In this document: one piece after another, positions 25,165 to 38,075 of the stretch
How the letters are laid out: the number at the start of each line of letters is the position of its first letter
Position numbering within the stretch: the stretch's first letter is position 1
DNA from: Camelus ferus
Lineage: Eukaryota
Length of the DNA: 64,000 bases
Reading direction: 5' to 3'
Assembly (NCBI RefSeq): GCF_009834535.1
Contig: NC_045696.1
Span: 67,520,001-67,584,000, forward strand
The notes under the pieces: model-generated
Databases searched by the model: none
The model's input: only the letters and a program-made list of their open reading frames with translations
What the model was told of the DNA's origin: nothing
Program-made: the position numbers and the translations under genes

Positions 25165-28100
25165 GCCAGACAGTCTGCAAACCCACAACTTTTTTGGAAC
25201 CCATTAGAGAAGTGAGGCTGCAGAGTAACCAATTAACTTGAAATCTGGGGAAAGACAGATGCCTCCAAGGAGAGGACACGTGAGTACTTGCTTAGTGGAG
25301 GAAATTGCTTTTGAATGCCATACTATTTGGTAAGAAGAAGTCACCTGAAATTACGAACACATGGTTTAAGGCTGGTTGTGGACTAGTGTAAGAACGTAGA
25401 AGTCCTGGGCAGACCAGAAAAAAGGGAAGTTTGATTCACAGCCCCCTTCACCGCTTTGCAGGATTTTCTCTGCTGATCTCTCACCAGCTTCTCATAAGAA
25501 CAATTTGAGGTAGGGTGAGAGTCCTGACAGCAGCAGCAGGTCTGTGAAAGGCTTAAAGCCCTGCCCAGATCCTTCTCTCACGTTTCCCTTCAGAACCAAT
25601 GCCTTAAGCCCCCGAGAAAAGGCCAGTGAATCCTGCTGCCCTTAGAACACTAGTGAAGACCCACTGTGACTAGGGAAGGAAATAAAATAAGACTCCAGTC
25701 CTTGGGGAGAGGCAGGATCATTGAGACAGCCTACTCTTGAGACCCAGAGACACAGCATTTCCCTAAAACTGAGGTTGAAACAGAATGGAGAGCCCTCCCC
25801 TGGCTTTATGAACATCAAGTAAAACGTACCAGCAGCCTAGTATTGGGAGAGAGACAAGAGCAAGACTTCTCTGAGGAACAGGCACAAAGAGAAGACCTGA
25901 ATCTGAGGGTGGGGCAGATATTGAGAAAATCCCTTTAGCAAACCACTCCCCACTGCAAAGACAACATTTGAGGAATTTGAAACCTGTGGTGCACTGAGGG
26001 TAACCAAAGCAAAAAACCAAAAAATACCTCAGGCTAACGGCAGCTCACGACTAGATTGACTCAAACACTCTACACTAAAGGCCTAATAGAAGAAGAGACA
26101 TGCCTATTTACAGGCAGAAAATATACTGGCCAAAGTTTCTACTATCCTAAACAAGACGTCTGGCTTTCAGTAAAAACTTACAATGCATATAAAAAGCAAA
26201 AATAACACATTGTCAAGAGACAAAGCAACCAACAGAAACAGATTCAGAACACAGATGTCCGAAGTGTCAGGGAATTTAAAATAACTGATTAACGTTAAAG
26301 GCTTTAGTGGAAAAGGCAGAAAACATGCATGATCAACAGACGCAGAACTATGTCCTATGAGATTCTGGTTTGTTGTCTCTTATGAGAATAAAATGAAAGT
26401 GCTAGAAATGAGAAACACAGCTTACAACAGGCTCCTGCACACTCTCAACAACTGGGGAAAGAATCATTAAAAAGGTGAAGATAGGTCAGTAGAAATCATA
26501 CAAACAGAAGGAAAGTGCGCAAAAGAACAAAGCACCAAAGAGCTGTACAATCATATTAAGCGTACATGTAGTTAGAATCTCAGAAGGAGAAGAAAGAGGG
26601 AACGAAGCAACACACAAAAATTTGGAGAGATAATGGCTGAGTGTCTCCAAAACTGAGGACAAACAACAAAGTGTAAATCTGAGATCCAAGAAATTAAGGG
26701 ACCACCAAGCAGGATGTCTATAACAACTAAAACTAAACAAATAAATGAAAAACCCCTATAAACATAACATTTTCAAACTATATTGAAAAACAAAGGAAAA
26801 AAAAGTCTTGAAACCAGAGGAGGAAAAATACATACCGCATAGAAAGCAAGAAAAAAAACTGTACAGAGACTTCTTGTCTATGCAAGTGAGAGAATAATGG
26901 AGTGACGTCTTCAGAGTGATGAAAGGAAAAACGTTGTCAACATGTCTCTACTCAGTTGAAGTGTCTTTCAAAATGAAGGAGAATTAAAAACTATTTCAGG
27001 CAAAAAAAAAAAAAAAAAAGTCAAGAGGGAACTCATTTCCAGCAGACCTACACTGAAAGAAATGTCAGAGGAAGTTCTTCAGGCAGAAGGAATATACCAG
27101 ACAGAAATCCGGATTTACACACATACAAAAGGAAGAGTGCTAGAAAAGCCTAAATAAATACATTTTTTTCTTATTGTTAATTGCTTTAAAAATTGTCTAA
27201 AGCAAAATTAGCAGCAATGTGTTGTGTGTTTACAGTATATCCACAAGTAAAAAGAATGATAAGAGGATAAAAAATGGCAAGGAGAGAGTGGGAATATACT
27301 ACTGGAAAGTCCTAACACTGTACATATAGTGATATATTATTATTCGAAGGTAGACTCTGATTAACTAAGATGTATGTTGCAAATCAAAGGACAACACTAA
27401 CATTAAAATCAAGAGTATAAATAATTGAAAAAGAGTAAAAATAAAATAATTGTGAAAAGTGTGCAATCCAAAAAAGGTAGAAAGAGGAAAATAAAAAGAA
27501 TAGACAGAAAAACATTTAAAAAGGTAACAAAATGGTGAATTTTAATCCAACTATATCATGAATATTAACATACAGGGATTATCAGATTGGATAAAAAAGC
27601 AGGACTCAACTATTTGCTGTCTTAAAGTAACCTACTTCAAACATAAAAGCATTGATAAGGAAAAAAGGCTGGAAAAAATACTATGAAAATTAAAGAAATT
27701 TATATTAATATGAGAGAGTTCAGAACAAAAATATTTGCAGGATTAAGGAAACACATTATATAATGATAATAAGATCAATTTGAGGGTCAAGAAAGAATAA
27801 TCCTAAAGTGTATACACTTAACAGCAAGCTTTCAAAATACATTAAACAAAAACTACACAAATAACTGGAGAAATAAATCTACAGTTATAGTCAGAGGTTT
27901 CAATACTCCTCTCTCAGTAATTGAATAAGCAGATAGAAAGCCAGTAAGGATAGAAAAAAATGAACAATAATATCAGTCAGTTTAATCTAATTGATATTTA
28001 TACAACGCTCCACCCAACAATAAGAGAATACAAATACTTTTGAAATGCATAGAACAATCACCAAGACAGAGCACATTCTGAGACATAAAACAAAACCTGA

Positions 28101-29580
28101 CAAATTTAAAAGAACTGAAGTAATACAAAGCATGTTCATCGTCTATAAGGAAATGGACTAGAAGCCATTAACAGAAAGGCAAAGAAAAATAATCCAAATA
28201 TTTAGAAATTAAATAGTGTACTTTGAATCACCCATGGGACAAAAGGAAATCATAGGGGAATTGGAAAGTATCTTGAATGAAAATCAAAGCACAACACATC
28301 AAAATTTCTAGTAGGCAGTTGAAGTAGTCCTTATCAATTAAATGTTTATATTAGAAAAGACAAAGGACCTCAAATTGATGATTGAAGCTTTAACTTTAAG
28401 GAAATAGAGATGTGCAAGTTAAAACCAAGGCAAGAAAGAGAAACAAAATAATAAAGCAGAAATCAATAAAAGTGAGAGCACAAAAACAATAGAGAAAATA
28501 AAATATTGATGGAACCAAAAGCTGATTCCTTTGAGAAGAAAAATCAATAAAATTGATAAACTCTATCCAGATTGATCAAGGGAAAAAAATCATATGACAC
28601 AAATTTAAATATCATGAATGACAGAGAAAACAATACTACAGTTCCTACAGATGCTAAAATAGTAATAGGGAACACTGCAAACCATCATTGTGCTTGTACA
28701 TGGCAGCCACTTAGATTAAACAGACCAATTTCTTGAGAGATACAAACTGTTAAAGTTCACTTAGAATAAATTAAATTTGTAGATGAAAGTCTTCTAACAA
28801 AGAAAATTCCAGGTCCAGATGGCTTCACTAGCAAATTTTGCCAAACATTTAAGGAATAATACCAATTTCCACAAGTTGTTCTAGAATTTAAGAGGAAGTA
28901 ACACTTGCCAATACCTTTTATGAGACTAGTATTACCCTGATACCAAATCCAGACAACCACATTACTACAACAACAACAACAACAACAAACTATACATTAG
29001 TATCCATCATGAACAAAGATGCAAAGATCTTTAACAAAGCCAGCAAATTAAATCTACCAATATATTAAATGATTAGTATAACATGACCAAGTGGGGTTAA
29101 TCTTGGGGACGCAAGGCTAATACGACATTAAACAATTCATCATGACATCATCATATTAATAGGCTATGGGAGAAAAACATCATTGTCATTCCAAATGATG
29201 CACAAAATATTTGACAAAATTCAGCACCTTTTCATGATTAAAACTCTCAGAAAACTAGAAACAAAAGAGGACCTCTCTCAACTTGGTAAAGAGTATCCCT
29301 TATTCTTAATGGCAAAGGACTCAGAGCTTTCTCCTAAGACTGGGAACAGGCAAGAATGTCCTCTTTTACTATTTCTATTTAACATCTCACTGGAGGTTCT
29401 AGCCAGTGCAATAGGACAAGAAACAGAAAAGGCATAGGTTTGAAAGAAAGAAATGAGATGATCTCCTTCACAGAAAATCCCCCCACATTAAAAAAAAAAA
29501 AGCTATTAGAATTAATAAACTAGTTAATAAGGTCACAGAATACAGAGTCAATATACAAAACCAATCTTATCTTCCACACA
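25165..29580 (+). mobile_element. Large decayed L1 (L1MD/L1MC-like): 5' region, ORF1 remnant and ORF2 endonuclease/RT remnant, 3' third missing
   Basis: ORF1-like ~26150-27100; endonuclease start ~27530; ccaggtccagatggcttcact (PGPDGFT) at ~28810; ORF 29183-29437 (FDKIQHLFMIKTL...GNRQECPL...FNISLEVLASAI) is L1 RT; many stops and deletions. Confidence 0.93.
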
Positions 29581-29582
29581 CA

Positions 29583-29870
29583 GCTCAAAGTTCGTCTTCT
29601 CAAGTCTGACTCTGACCACCTAGTTAAAAATTGCAACCTCCACCTGTACTGCATTCTTGATTCCCCTCACCCTGCTTCCCCCCCGGCCCTTTCCATTGCA
29701 TATATCATTTTCAAATATGCTACATAATTTACTTTCATGTTAGGTTTATCATGTGTTGTATGTTTTTCTCTGTTGGAATGTAAGAACCAGGAGCACAGAG
29801 GTTTCTGCTGTTTTATCCTCTGATGCATTCAAAGACCTTGGAATATCTGCTGAAAGAACTGAATGAGTAA
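29583..29870 (+). mobile_element. L2a-like 3' end
   Basis: ctgaccacctagttaaaaattgcaacc...ggaatgtaagaacc...ctgaatgagt. Confidence 0.75.
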
Positions 29871-31151
29871 TTGGGAAGTAACTGTAGATAACTATTTTTT
29901 AAAGGAATAAAGAAGATTTTTGAGTATGCAAGAGTAAATTATCTTGTAATAAAAATATCCACCACTTTCCCATTTTAAAAATCTGTGTTAAATACGTCTT
30001 TGAATAAGTCTGTTGCACAAAGTCTTATTTAATGAATAAACTGGTATAAAAGAGTCCTGTAGATGACTGTAGAAATTAGCCCCTTCTTAAATGAACGAAC
30101 ACAGAAAGAAGCAGTCAAAAGAATGCCCTTAGGCTACTACCTGGACCATTTAGAGTTATTATTCCACTCTTATTTTGGAGAGAATAAAAGAGTGAAAGTC
30201 ATAGCTACATCTTTCTTTGTATATTTTTTTCTTTCAAATCTTAAAAAAAAAAGGCTAGGAAAAATCAAGCCCATTTCAGAGGAGATTAGTGCTAAAATAT
30301 CAATGCAGTCTGCATGATATGGGAATATATTAAAAACCAAACACATTTAATTACTGCAGTTACTGTTCAAATGCGCAATCCTTCTTTCAACACCACAATA
30401 AAGGGTAATAGGTACTTGGATTATTCCTCACAGTTTTCTAAGGTGCTATGCTATTCACAAAAGGCAAGAACATTCATCACGCCTCCACTTTACCCTCGTC
30501 TGGATGATAATGCGTGCATTAGTGCTCTCACTGAAAGGGAGAGAAAAGAACAGAGGTCTAGAGATGTTAAGATCTGTCCAAGATTAACCAGCAGAGAACG
30601 GCAAAACGGGGAAAGGTACACTGCAACAGGGGTCAGGATACCAACGACCTGGGGCCACTCTGGTATTAACTAGCTGAGGGCCCTCAAAGATTCTCTCTCC
30701 ACTTACAGAACTGAAGGCTTAGCCCAAATCAGCTACTCACAACTAGGCGGCAGGTTTCTGCTATGCCTTGAGTCAGCAGAGTCCTCAGATGAATGAATGC
30801 ATCATCTATGGACTAAGTAGAGTACCAGATAATAAATAAATAAAATAATAATATTAAGGCCTGAGCATTGTCTGTAGCCACATGCATACATCTAGCTTCA
30901 AATATATGTTGAAGTTATTATGAAGAATAAAATGCTTATTAGCATAAGGATTAGGGACTTCATGACAGCTACCCGTCAGCATGTTATGTGCATCAACATA
31001 TATTAACAGTAGAGTTTGCATGACCGAGGTGTTTGTAATAAAACTGGAACTTAGTGTTCACTCTCTATGGGCTCGTTTAATTTGAAAATGCTTAAGTTGT
31101 AGAGCCTGAGACAATCACTTTATGACAATTCTAGGGCTCTTTCTGTTGCAG

Positions 31152-31391
31152 AAGTGTTTTTTCAATATGTTTTTAGCCCCAGGAGCCTTTTAAAAAAATC
31201 TCAAGCCCCAAGTGCCACATGAAATGCAAGTAATAATTGGGTACTCTGTCTGATCAGTGTTTCTGTGTGGTGGAGTAAGAAGAGACAGGTAGGGCCCTGG
31301 AGAGCAGGCCAGCCAGGCCTCCTCTCCCCATCTCAGGCCCTTCTCCAAGGAACCCACAGGGCTCTGTGGACCAGCTTCAAAATAACCAATG
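31152..31391 (+). mobile_element. MER112-like hAT-Charlie element
   Basis: agtgttttttcaa...tttagcc...ggaacccacagggctctgtggaccagcttcaaaataaccaatg. Confidence 0.65.
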
Positions 31392-31569
31392 ACAAGGGTT
31401 AAAATTCATATAACTTCTGGCATGCCAATTAAAAAAAAAAAAAAAAAGAAAAAAAGGACAAAGGATGTTAATAGGCAGGTGGCCACTAAGCATTTGAAAT
31501 GATGCTAAACCCACTAAAAATGACACACATGAAAGGGAAAACAAGAGAATCCGATCTGGAGGATAGAAA

Positions 31570-32190
31570 TTCAAAAGGCGAACATGTACAAGGTCAGTGA
31601 GGGTGTGTGGAATCAGATATTCTCACATTCTACGGAGAAGAATGAACCGGGACCTCCCTTTTTGGAAGACTACTTCAGAAGGGATCAAAATGGAAAGGCA
31701 CATACACTTTAGACACAGCAAGTTCATTCTAGAAATCTATTCCACACAAGGCCTCAAACTTGCATACAGATAATTGCACAAGGATATCTGTTTTTAATGG
31801 CAAAAATGGAAGCAGTGTAAATATCCATCAGCAGAAAAATGGCTAAGTTATGGTGCGTGCAGCTTATGAAATACTACAGTACCATTACAAAGACAAAGGT
31901 AGACATGTATGTTACTACTACTTTTGGATAGATATAAAAAATACATTGTTGGGGAAAAGCAGAAGTGAGATGTAGTATATACTACGTCTCTCTGTGTGAA
32001 TACATATGTACACATCTGAGTTTATAATGAATAAAAAATTCTGGACTCTGGAAGTACATACACAGAACTGTTAACAATGGCTTCTTCTAGGGAGAGGAGT
32101 TGGGAAGAATTCCACTTTTTATTTCAGATATTTCTGCAGAATCTGATTTTTTTTACTAAAAGATCAATTACTTTTACAATTGAAAAAAAT
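31570..32190 (+). mobile_element. Old L1ME-like 3' fragment
   Basis: catacactttagacacagcaagttcattctagaaatctattc; aaatatccatcagcagaaaaatggctaa; actgttaacaatggcttcttctaggga. Confidence 0.8.
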
Positions 32191-33354
32191 AATTCTACTG
32201 TATAGCATGCTGCCTTTCTACATAAAAATTGCTTCAATGAAGAAATATTAACCTAAATTATACATGAAGTGCAAAAGACTGTTCTAAACCCCACTTCTAT
32301 ACCCTTTTGCTGACAAAGTCTGTAAAATGAAGGTGGCAGGCACACTTTATGGGAATCTCAGCCCTCTGCGCATTCTGAGACAGGAAACATTAAACACTTC
32401 TATGATGGAAAGAAAAAGGATCTCAACAAGAATAAAAGGGACTCAGTGGCCTTAATAAAGACCTTCTTTAAAACAGCAAGGCACTATTAAAATAATAAGG
32501 CGAAGAGGGGTAGAAATGGAAGGCGTGAGGGGTGGAGCCCGGAAGTTTGTAGTGACCCTCATGTCATGTTTCTACAACTCTTCATGACGAACATCTCTGA
32601 GAAAAACAGGATCAGTGTTCAAGCCCATAAAAAGAGGGGTTTAAGTTTTAAGCGGTTTTTTATCCGTTGTGAATACAAAGGTTAAATGGGTATTAAAAGA
32701 GCTGTAATTCTTTCTGATGAAATTTTTACCCAGAGCTAGAGGAAGATGTCCAAGATGAAGTAAAGACTTTATAAACAGTTACAGAAGATGTTGTGAGAGT
32801 TAAAAAAAAAAAAAACTCCCTGGTTGAGAGGGAGCTCTTATTTATTAATTTTTTCAGCTAAAGGTGATGTTATAAAATTGGAACCTTCTCGCTGTGCCAG
32901 ACTGAAGGAAAACCTGTTAAAAGGCAGTTGACTAATTCTGGATTTTTTTTTTTTTCTAGAGAAGACTTGGCTTACACTGAAGGGGGAAGAAGCAAAACAG
33001 CTACACACATGAAGCTGAACTGGCAATTAAATAATTATTCATCACAAATGGTTAATCACCCTTCTAAGTAAAGAGGGTGGAAACCCAACCGCAGCTGTAT
33101 TTTAACATACTGAGCAAGAACATTCACTAGCAAGTGACAGCATTCATAAAACCTAAACCTGCAGAGGCTTCCTAGAGGTGAAGTCTCTCTTGTCCTAAGC
33201 ATCCTTCCCTTATTTCAATTCGGCATCTTCCCACTTGGGCTGCCCCAGTGATGGTAAGCGCTTGTCCCATGTCAGCGAGCAGCTACTTCAGGGTCTCATG
33301 AAAGTATTCCTTGACAACAGGAGCTGTATCTTCTGTTTCTGCCATTTCTCTGAG

Positions 33355-33640
33355 TAGTATTTCAAAGCAGCTAAATCTTACGCTTTAAGAGGCACACAAA
33401 AGAACTGGAGCCTGTCCAGGGCAGAGAGCCTAAGACGAACACAGGAAAAGAGCAGAAAATCTGACCTGTGAGGAAAGAATGGATGGACTTGGGCTATTTG
33501 CCCTGCAGAGAAGGCAGTGCAGGAAGGAACTGAGATTTATCTTCAGATGTCTGGGAGAGTGAACAGACTTTATTATGCCCCTGGACAGGGCTAGATTTAG
33601 GAGTTGCATTGTCTATTCGAGTGATAATTCAGCATGGAAA
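33355..33640 (+). mobile_element. L3/CR1 LINE fragment
   Basis: aactggagcctgtccagggcagagagc...tgaggaaagaatgg...cttgggctatttgccctgcagagaagg...tcttcagatgtctg. Confidence 0.7.
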
Positions 33641-33654
33641 AAAGTATCAAGAAA

Positions 33655-33860
33655 GCAGTGTCAAGACCACAGGTCCCAGAGTCTGACTGCCAGGAGTTTG
33701 AGTTCCACCACCCCTAATATCCATGCCAACTTTGGACAAATTACTAAGTATTTCTAAGTCTCAGTTTTCTATTCTATAAAATAGGATGGATTGGAGTACC
33801 CACCGCATGGGATGAAATGCACCATGTAAGTGTTTACTGAATATTAAAATTCTTATTATT
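33655..33860 (+). mobile_element. MIR SINE
   Basis: ctttggacaaattactaagtatttctaagtctcagttttctattctataaaatagg. Confidence 0.8.
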
Positions 33861-33929
33861 AACACATAAACATAAACATTAGACACCAACCACAGACGCA
33901 TCAGTGTAAGCAGGATATAAAGTACCCTT

Positions 33930-34140
33930 TCTAAGTATCTCCTCTAGGTAAGCCCCACACCAGGAGTTCTCCTGTAAGTCTTCTCATTTATTCCTTACCA
34001 CTGAGGTTCCCCTAGTGAGGAACTTAGGGGGTTTAGATAGGTTAAGAGTCTTGTCCAAGGCCACAAATACATGCTTTAATCACAGAACTCTATTTGAACT
34101 GAATTCTTACTGACCTCAAAACACTTTTTCCCACTAGAAG
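33930..34140 (-). mobile_element. MIR SINE
   Basis: tctcatttattcctta...ggttaagagtcttgtccaaggccaca. Confidence 0.65.
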
Positions 34141-35644
34141 GAGCTCTAGGAAACACAAACACGAGGATAAGTTACAGGCCCTTCTCTCAAAAGCTGCTCT
34201 TACGGAGAATGTAAGACATACACACATAAATGCATACAAACGCGTAAGTACACAGATGAAGACAAGCCGCATCACAACGTGAGCGGGAGAAGGAGCAGTT
34301 ACTTCCCCTGGTGAGAGAAAAGGGGACTTCCGGGATGCGGCGGCACCGCAGCGGGCCATGTAAGATTTCGACAAAAGACGAGGGGAAGGGCAATTAAATG
34401 CTGGGCACAGAATGAACAAAAGCACAGGGTCAGAAAACGGTGAGCTTTTTTGAGGAATAAAAGCAGGTCAGGATGGCTGGAGTGTAAGATCTGTGAGATG
34501 AGATGAGACTGGATAATTCAGTTCACGTGCAAGGTTTTAACCTCCCCAACTCTTCCATATCTAGTAGAAGTCTAGAAGATCCCATGAGTTTAACCTTTAG
34601 GCAACATTTAATCTGTAGAAACGAACAGTCATCAGGCAGCGCAGACAAGATGGACTGGGTTAACGGCAACACGTCTTACCACCGTTTAATCACCATGAAC
34701 CTCAATCCTCTATAACAGGAAGTATTACTATGTGTGAATCGTAGTACACAGGATGCGCCAGCTCATGTATTAAATTGGGGAAGAACACGCAATCGCTTGA
34801 CCACGCTTTTCTAGCAAATCCAGGACAGAGACAGCCTTCGTGTGTCCTGTCAGTTTCTGTCTTCCCCGGCTTCGTTACATCACCAAAGCCCACACTCCCC
34901 AGTAGAGCCCAGGGTTATATTTTCAAGAAAAATAGTTGAAGGCAATTCCTTCAAGCAGCTTTTCCATTCAGTGGCAGGAGAATAAAATAAACAAATTTGT
35001 TGTCAGGGAAGATTTTGTGGAGATGAGAGACTTGTGCTCCAATTTTAAAGTTAATTGAAGTTTTAGAAGGAAAAGAAAGGTCATCTCAGTGGGGAGAAAA
35101 AAGGCTAAAGAATAAGTGGCCTGGTTCAATCAGAAGGGATGTTTTTAAGATGATGGAGAAGGGAGAGCTACAATTGGGATCTGCGGGGAGAAATGGAAAG
35201 TATACCAGACTAGGAATCAGAAGGCTGTAATCTAGACCCATTTCTGGAAATAACTGGAAAGTTGCTGATAAGATGGAACTGGCTGGCAATGGGAAGGAAG
35301 GCCTGGGCATATGACTCCAAATCCAATGCGTCTTTCTACTGAGTCATGTAGCAGAAAATGCAGGTATGGATCACACTTGGAAGAGGGAAAACCTTTCACT
35401 TTTGAGGTGGTGCTCTTAACGAAGCCATGTTTCCTTCAAGCTTGTCTTCTTCTCAGCTCTAGGAAACGATGAGGGGGGTTGGAGAGATGGAGATTACAAG
35501 ACGTGTGGCTAAAAACCACAGCACTTAGGGGAAAGGTACCACCATTTACTGACTCATCACATTGCTTCCATATCTCCCCTATTGCCAAAGACCTTTCAGG
35601 AAACGCCAGTGACGGATGAGTGGTGTAAGAAGTAATGAAATGGC

Positions 35645-36072
35645 TGGGCTTCCCTTTACTTTTGGGAGAATGGCCAAAATCCTTAGCATGGCCCAAGTCC
35701 CTCATGGTCTAGCTCTGAAAACTCATCTTACATCATGCTTCTCCCTCGGCCTCTGAGCTCTAACCACGCTGGCCTCTTTCAGCTCCCCAAGTCAGCAGGC
35801 TCTGCCGTCTGAGATGGCTAAACCCTGCTCAGGCCTCCTGGCTCAGTGAAGAAGCACTTCCTCAGGAATGCTTTCTTGACCCCTCCATCTAGGTCAGGCT
35901 CCTTTGTTTTAATTCTTTTAAGACAATATTCTTCTAAAGCACTCTGCCCACTGCCCTTAATAGAACACAAACTTCCTGAGAGCAGGCTGCTTGTGTGCTT
36001 TTGCTCACCACCGAATATCCAGTCGCTGACGTGTGGTGGGCATTCCTCTAATGTTTGTTGAATAACTAAACA
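35645..36072 (+). mobile_element. L2 3' end
   Basis: ccaaaatccttagcatggcccaag; cacgctggcctctttcagctcc; aacttcctgagagcaggc; aatgtttgttgaataa. Confidence 0.85.
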
Positions 36073-36288
36073 AACACTGTGAATACGGTACATCCTCCAA
36101 TTGTAGACATGGAGGAGTGAGAGGTTAAATGATCTAGGTTTTCAATCAGACCAAGTTAGAAAACACAGAGAGGAATCAAAATAAATTGTATTGTGGAATG
36201 TGTCTTTTACATACTTTGTTAAGCTAAATCACCCACCGTGGATTTGGAAAATTCCAGGAAAGTATACCGATGATGATGATGTTGAAAG

Positions 36289-36690
36289 CATGGCAGAGCC
36301 TAGCTAGATGTACACCAGACCACTTCCTCTTCTTTTGGTGCACACAGTGGCTACATTTCCAAGCATTCTTTGCAACTGTAGCCAAATGACTGAGTTGGAA
36401 TGTGAGTAGAAAGGAACATTATACCACATTTCCCAGTCTGGTCCATAAGCACCCTCACCACCAGCACAGGAGATCCTCAGTGCTCTCTTCTCTCATCTGC
36501 CAGATGCAGGGAATCTAGCACAGGACCCACCAACTCTAGGGAATGGTGGAGCCGGTAGATGGAATAAGGCAGAGCCCCCGATTCCCCAAATGGAAAGCAC
36601 CTGCCAAGTACCTGAGAGAGATAAACAAATCACTGAGATTCGGGGGTTTATTGGCTACAGCAGTCAGCATTATTTGCCCAAACTGATACA
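36289..36690 (+). mobile_element. MaLR solo LTR (MLT1I/J-like)
   Basis: tggcagagcctagctagatg...ctacatttcc...tgactgagtt...cactgagattcgggggtttatt...aactgataca (CA end). Confidence 0.85.
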
Positions 36691-36792
36691 TAAGGCATGA
36701 CATTAAGAAAATTATATTTTTCGAGTTATCTTTCTCCATAATATTTGAGGTGAAAACATAAGAGTAGATTTCAAATCTGCTTTTTTTTAGTA

Positions 36793-36925
36793 AAAAAATT
36801 TTTTTATGGACGTATAGTTGATTCACAATGTGTGAGTTTCTGGTGTAGAACATAGTGATTCAGTTATACATATATATTTTCTTCATATTCTTTTTCATTA
36901 TAGGGTTATTAAAGATATTGAATAT
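36793..36925 (-). mobile_element. Short artiodactyl/camelid-type L1 3' end
   Basis: tatagttgattcacaatgtg...tttctggtgta...catagtgattcagttatacata...aagatattgaatata. Confidence 0.9.
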
Positions 36926-37469
36926 ACTTCTAACCTGGCTTTTCTGCCCAGTTCTACTGTTCCACTTTTCCAATGGCTGTAGATTCCCAGGACTGGACAC
37001 AATCTTAAGGCCATTCTGTCTGACTCCGAGCCAATGCAGAAAGCAATCCTTATTATCACAGATTATCAATAGCCTTAGCCTAAGACTTTCATAAGAGAGA
37101 ATGCAAGAGGACCCCTTGAGGTGGCTCTTCTCAGCCTGTATTAATTGTTACAAAATTCTTTCCTATGCTGAACCCCAAAACTCCTCTATGGCGTTTTCCA
37201 ATGAATTTATTCTTTCGATACTTAAAAGAAATGGGTTTTAAAACTCTGATGCTCCTCCTTCGCTTCTAATATAAATCCAGCTAAACATAAATTGGGAGGA
37301 AGATAAAGTGGTAGGGGACAACCAGGTCACTTAAACTACAGTTGCAGAATATGCCAGAAAATTTAAGAAAAGAAATCAAAATTCGCCTGTTAAGCTGGTG
37401 GTATTTGGGAACTTACTTGCAAATGAGTCGTTAAATACCTTATATGATATTTGATTATTAAGTAATTTG

Positions 37470-37606
37470 AAGTAATAGATTGCCAAGTGCTTGGGCCTGA
37501 CTTTTAAATATTCTGATTTCATTCTGGAATGGGACTTAGCGTCAGTTTAAAAAAATTACCTAATTTTTTAATGATTCTAATGCACAGCCCGAGCTGATAA
37601 ATGGTG
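37470..37606 (+). mobile_element. MER5A-like fragment
   Basis: attctgatttcattctggaatggga...tgattctaatgcacagcc. Confidence 0.55.
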
Positions 37607-37944
37607 AGATACATCTCTACCTACCAACTATCAGTATAAATTATCTACATAGCCATACTGCTGGGAGTAACATGTAAGACCGCTTACAAAGATTCCTGTC
37701 CAAAACAGCCCCTAAATTAAGGGTAGATTCAGCACCTGAAGAAAAGAAAAGAATACTTTCTTGCCATGATTTTCACTTATTATTCAGGCGCCCTAGATTG
37801 GAGGCTGACGATGAGTCTTAATGAGATGAGAAAGGCCTGGCTGGAGGTTAGCTAAGACAAGGACTTGTCCCGCAAACCATCTCCAGAGGAAATTATGCCA
37901 ACAAGTCATTTTACGTATTGCCAAGGAGAAGCCCAGAGCTCTTC

Positions 37945-38075
37945 ATTGACAAGAGATGTGAGCTCCAGGAGGGCAAGGACCAGTGTACCTTGCTCCTGGC
38001 TCTATTCCAACACCCACAATACTGGCCCCCAAGCACCTAAGGGTGCAAAGTCTTTTTACAGGTTCTTTGAATGAT
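37945..38075 (+). mobile_element. L2 3' end fragment
   Basis: agatgtgagctccaggagggcaaggaccagtgt. Confidence 0.75.

Noticed and set aside
30769..30778. ARE/MARE-type TGAGTCAGCA and other isolated AP-1 sites
   Set aside because: Single short motifs without supporting context.
33931..33953. Plus-strand ctag|gtaag recursive-splice-like motif
   Set aside because: Falls in the tail of a MIR and has a short pyrimidine tract.
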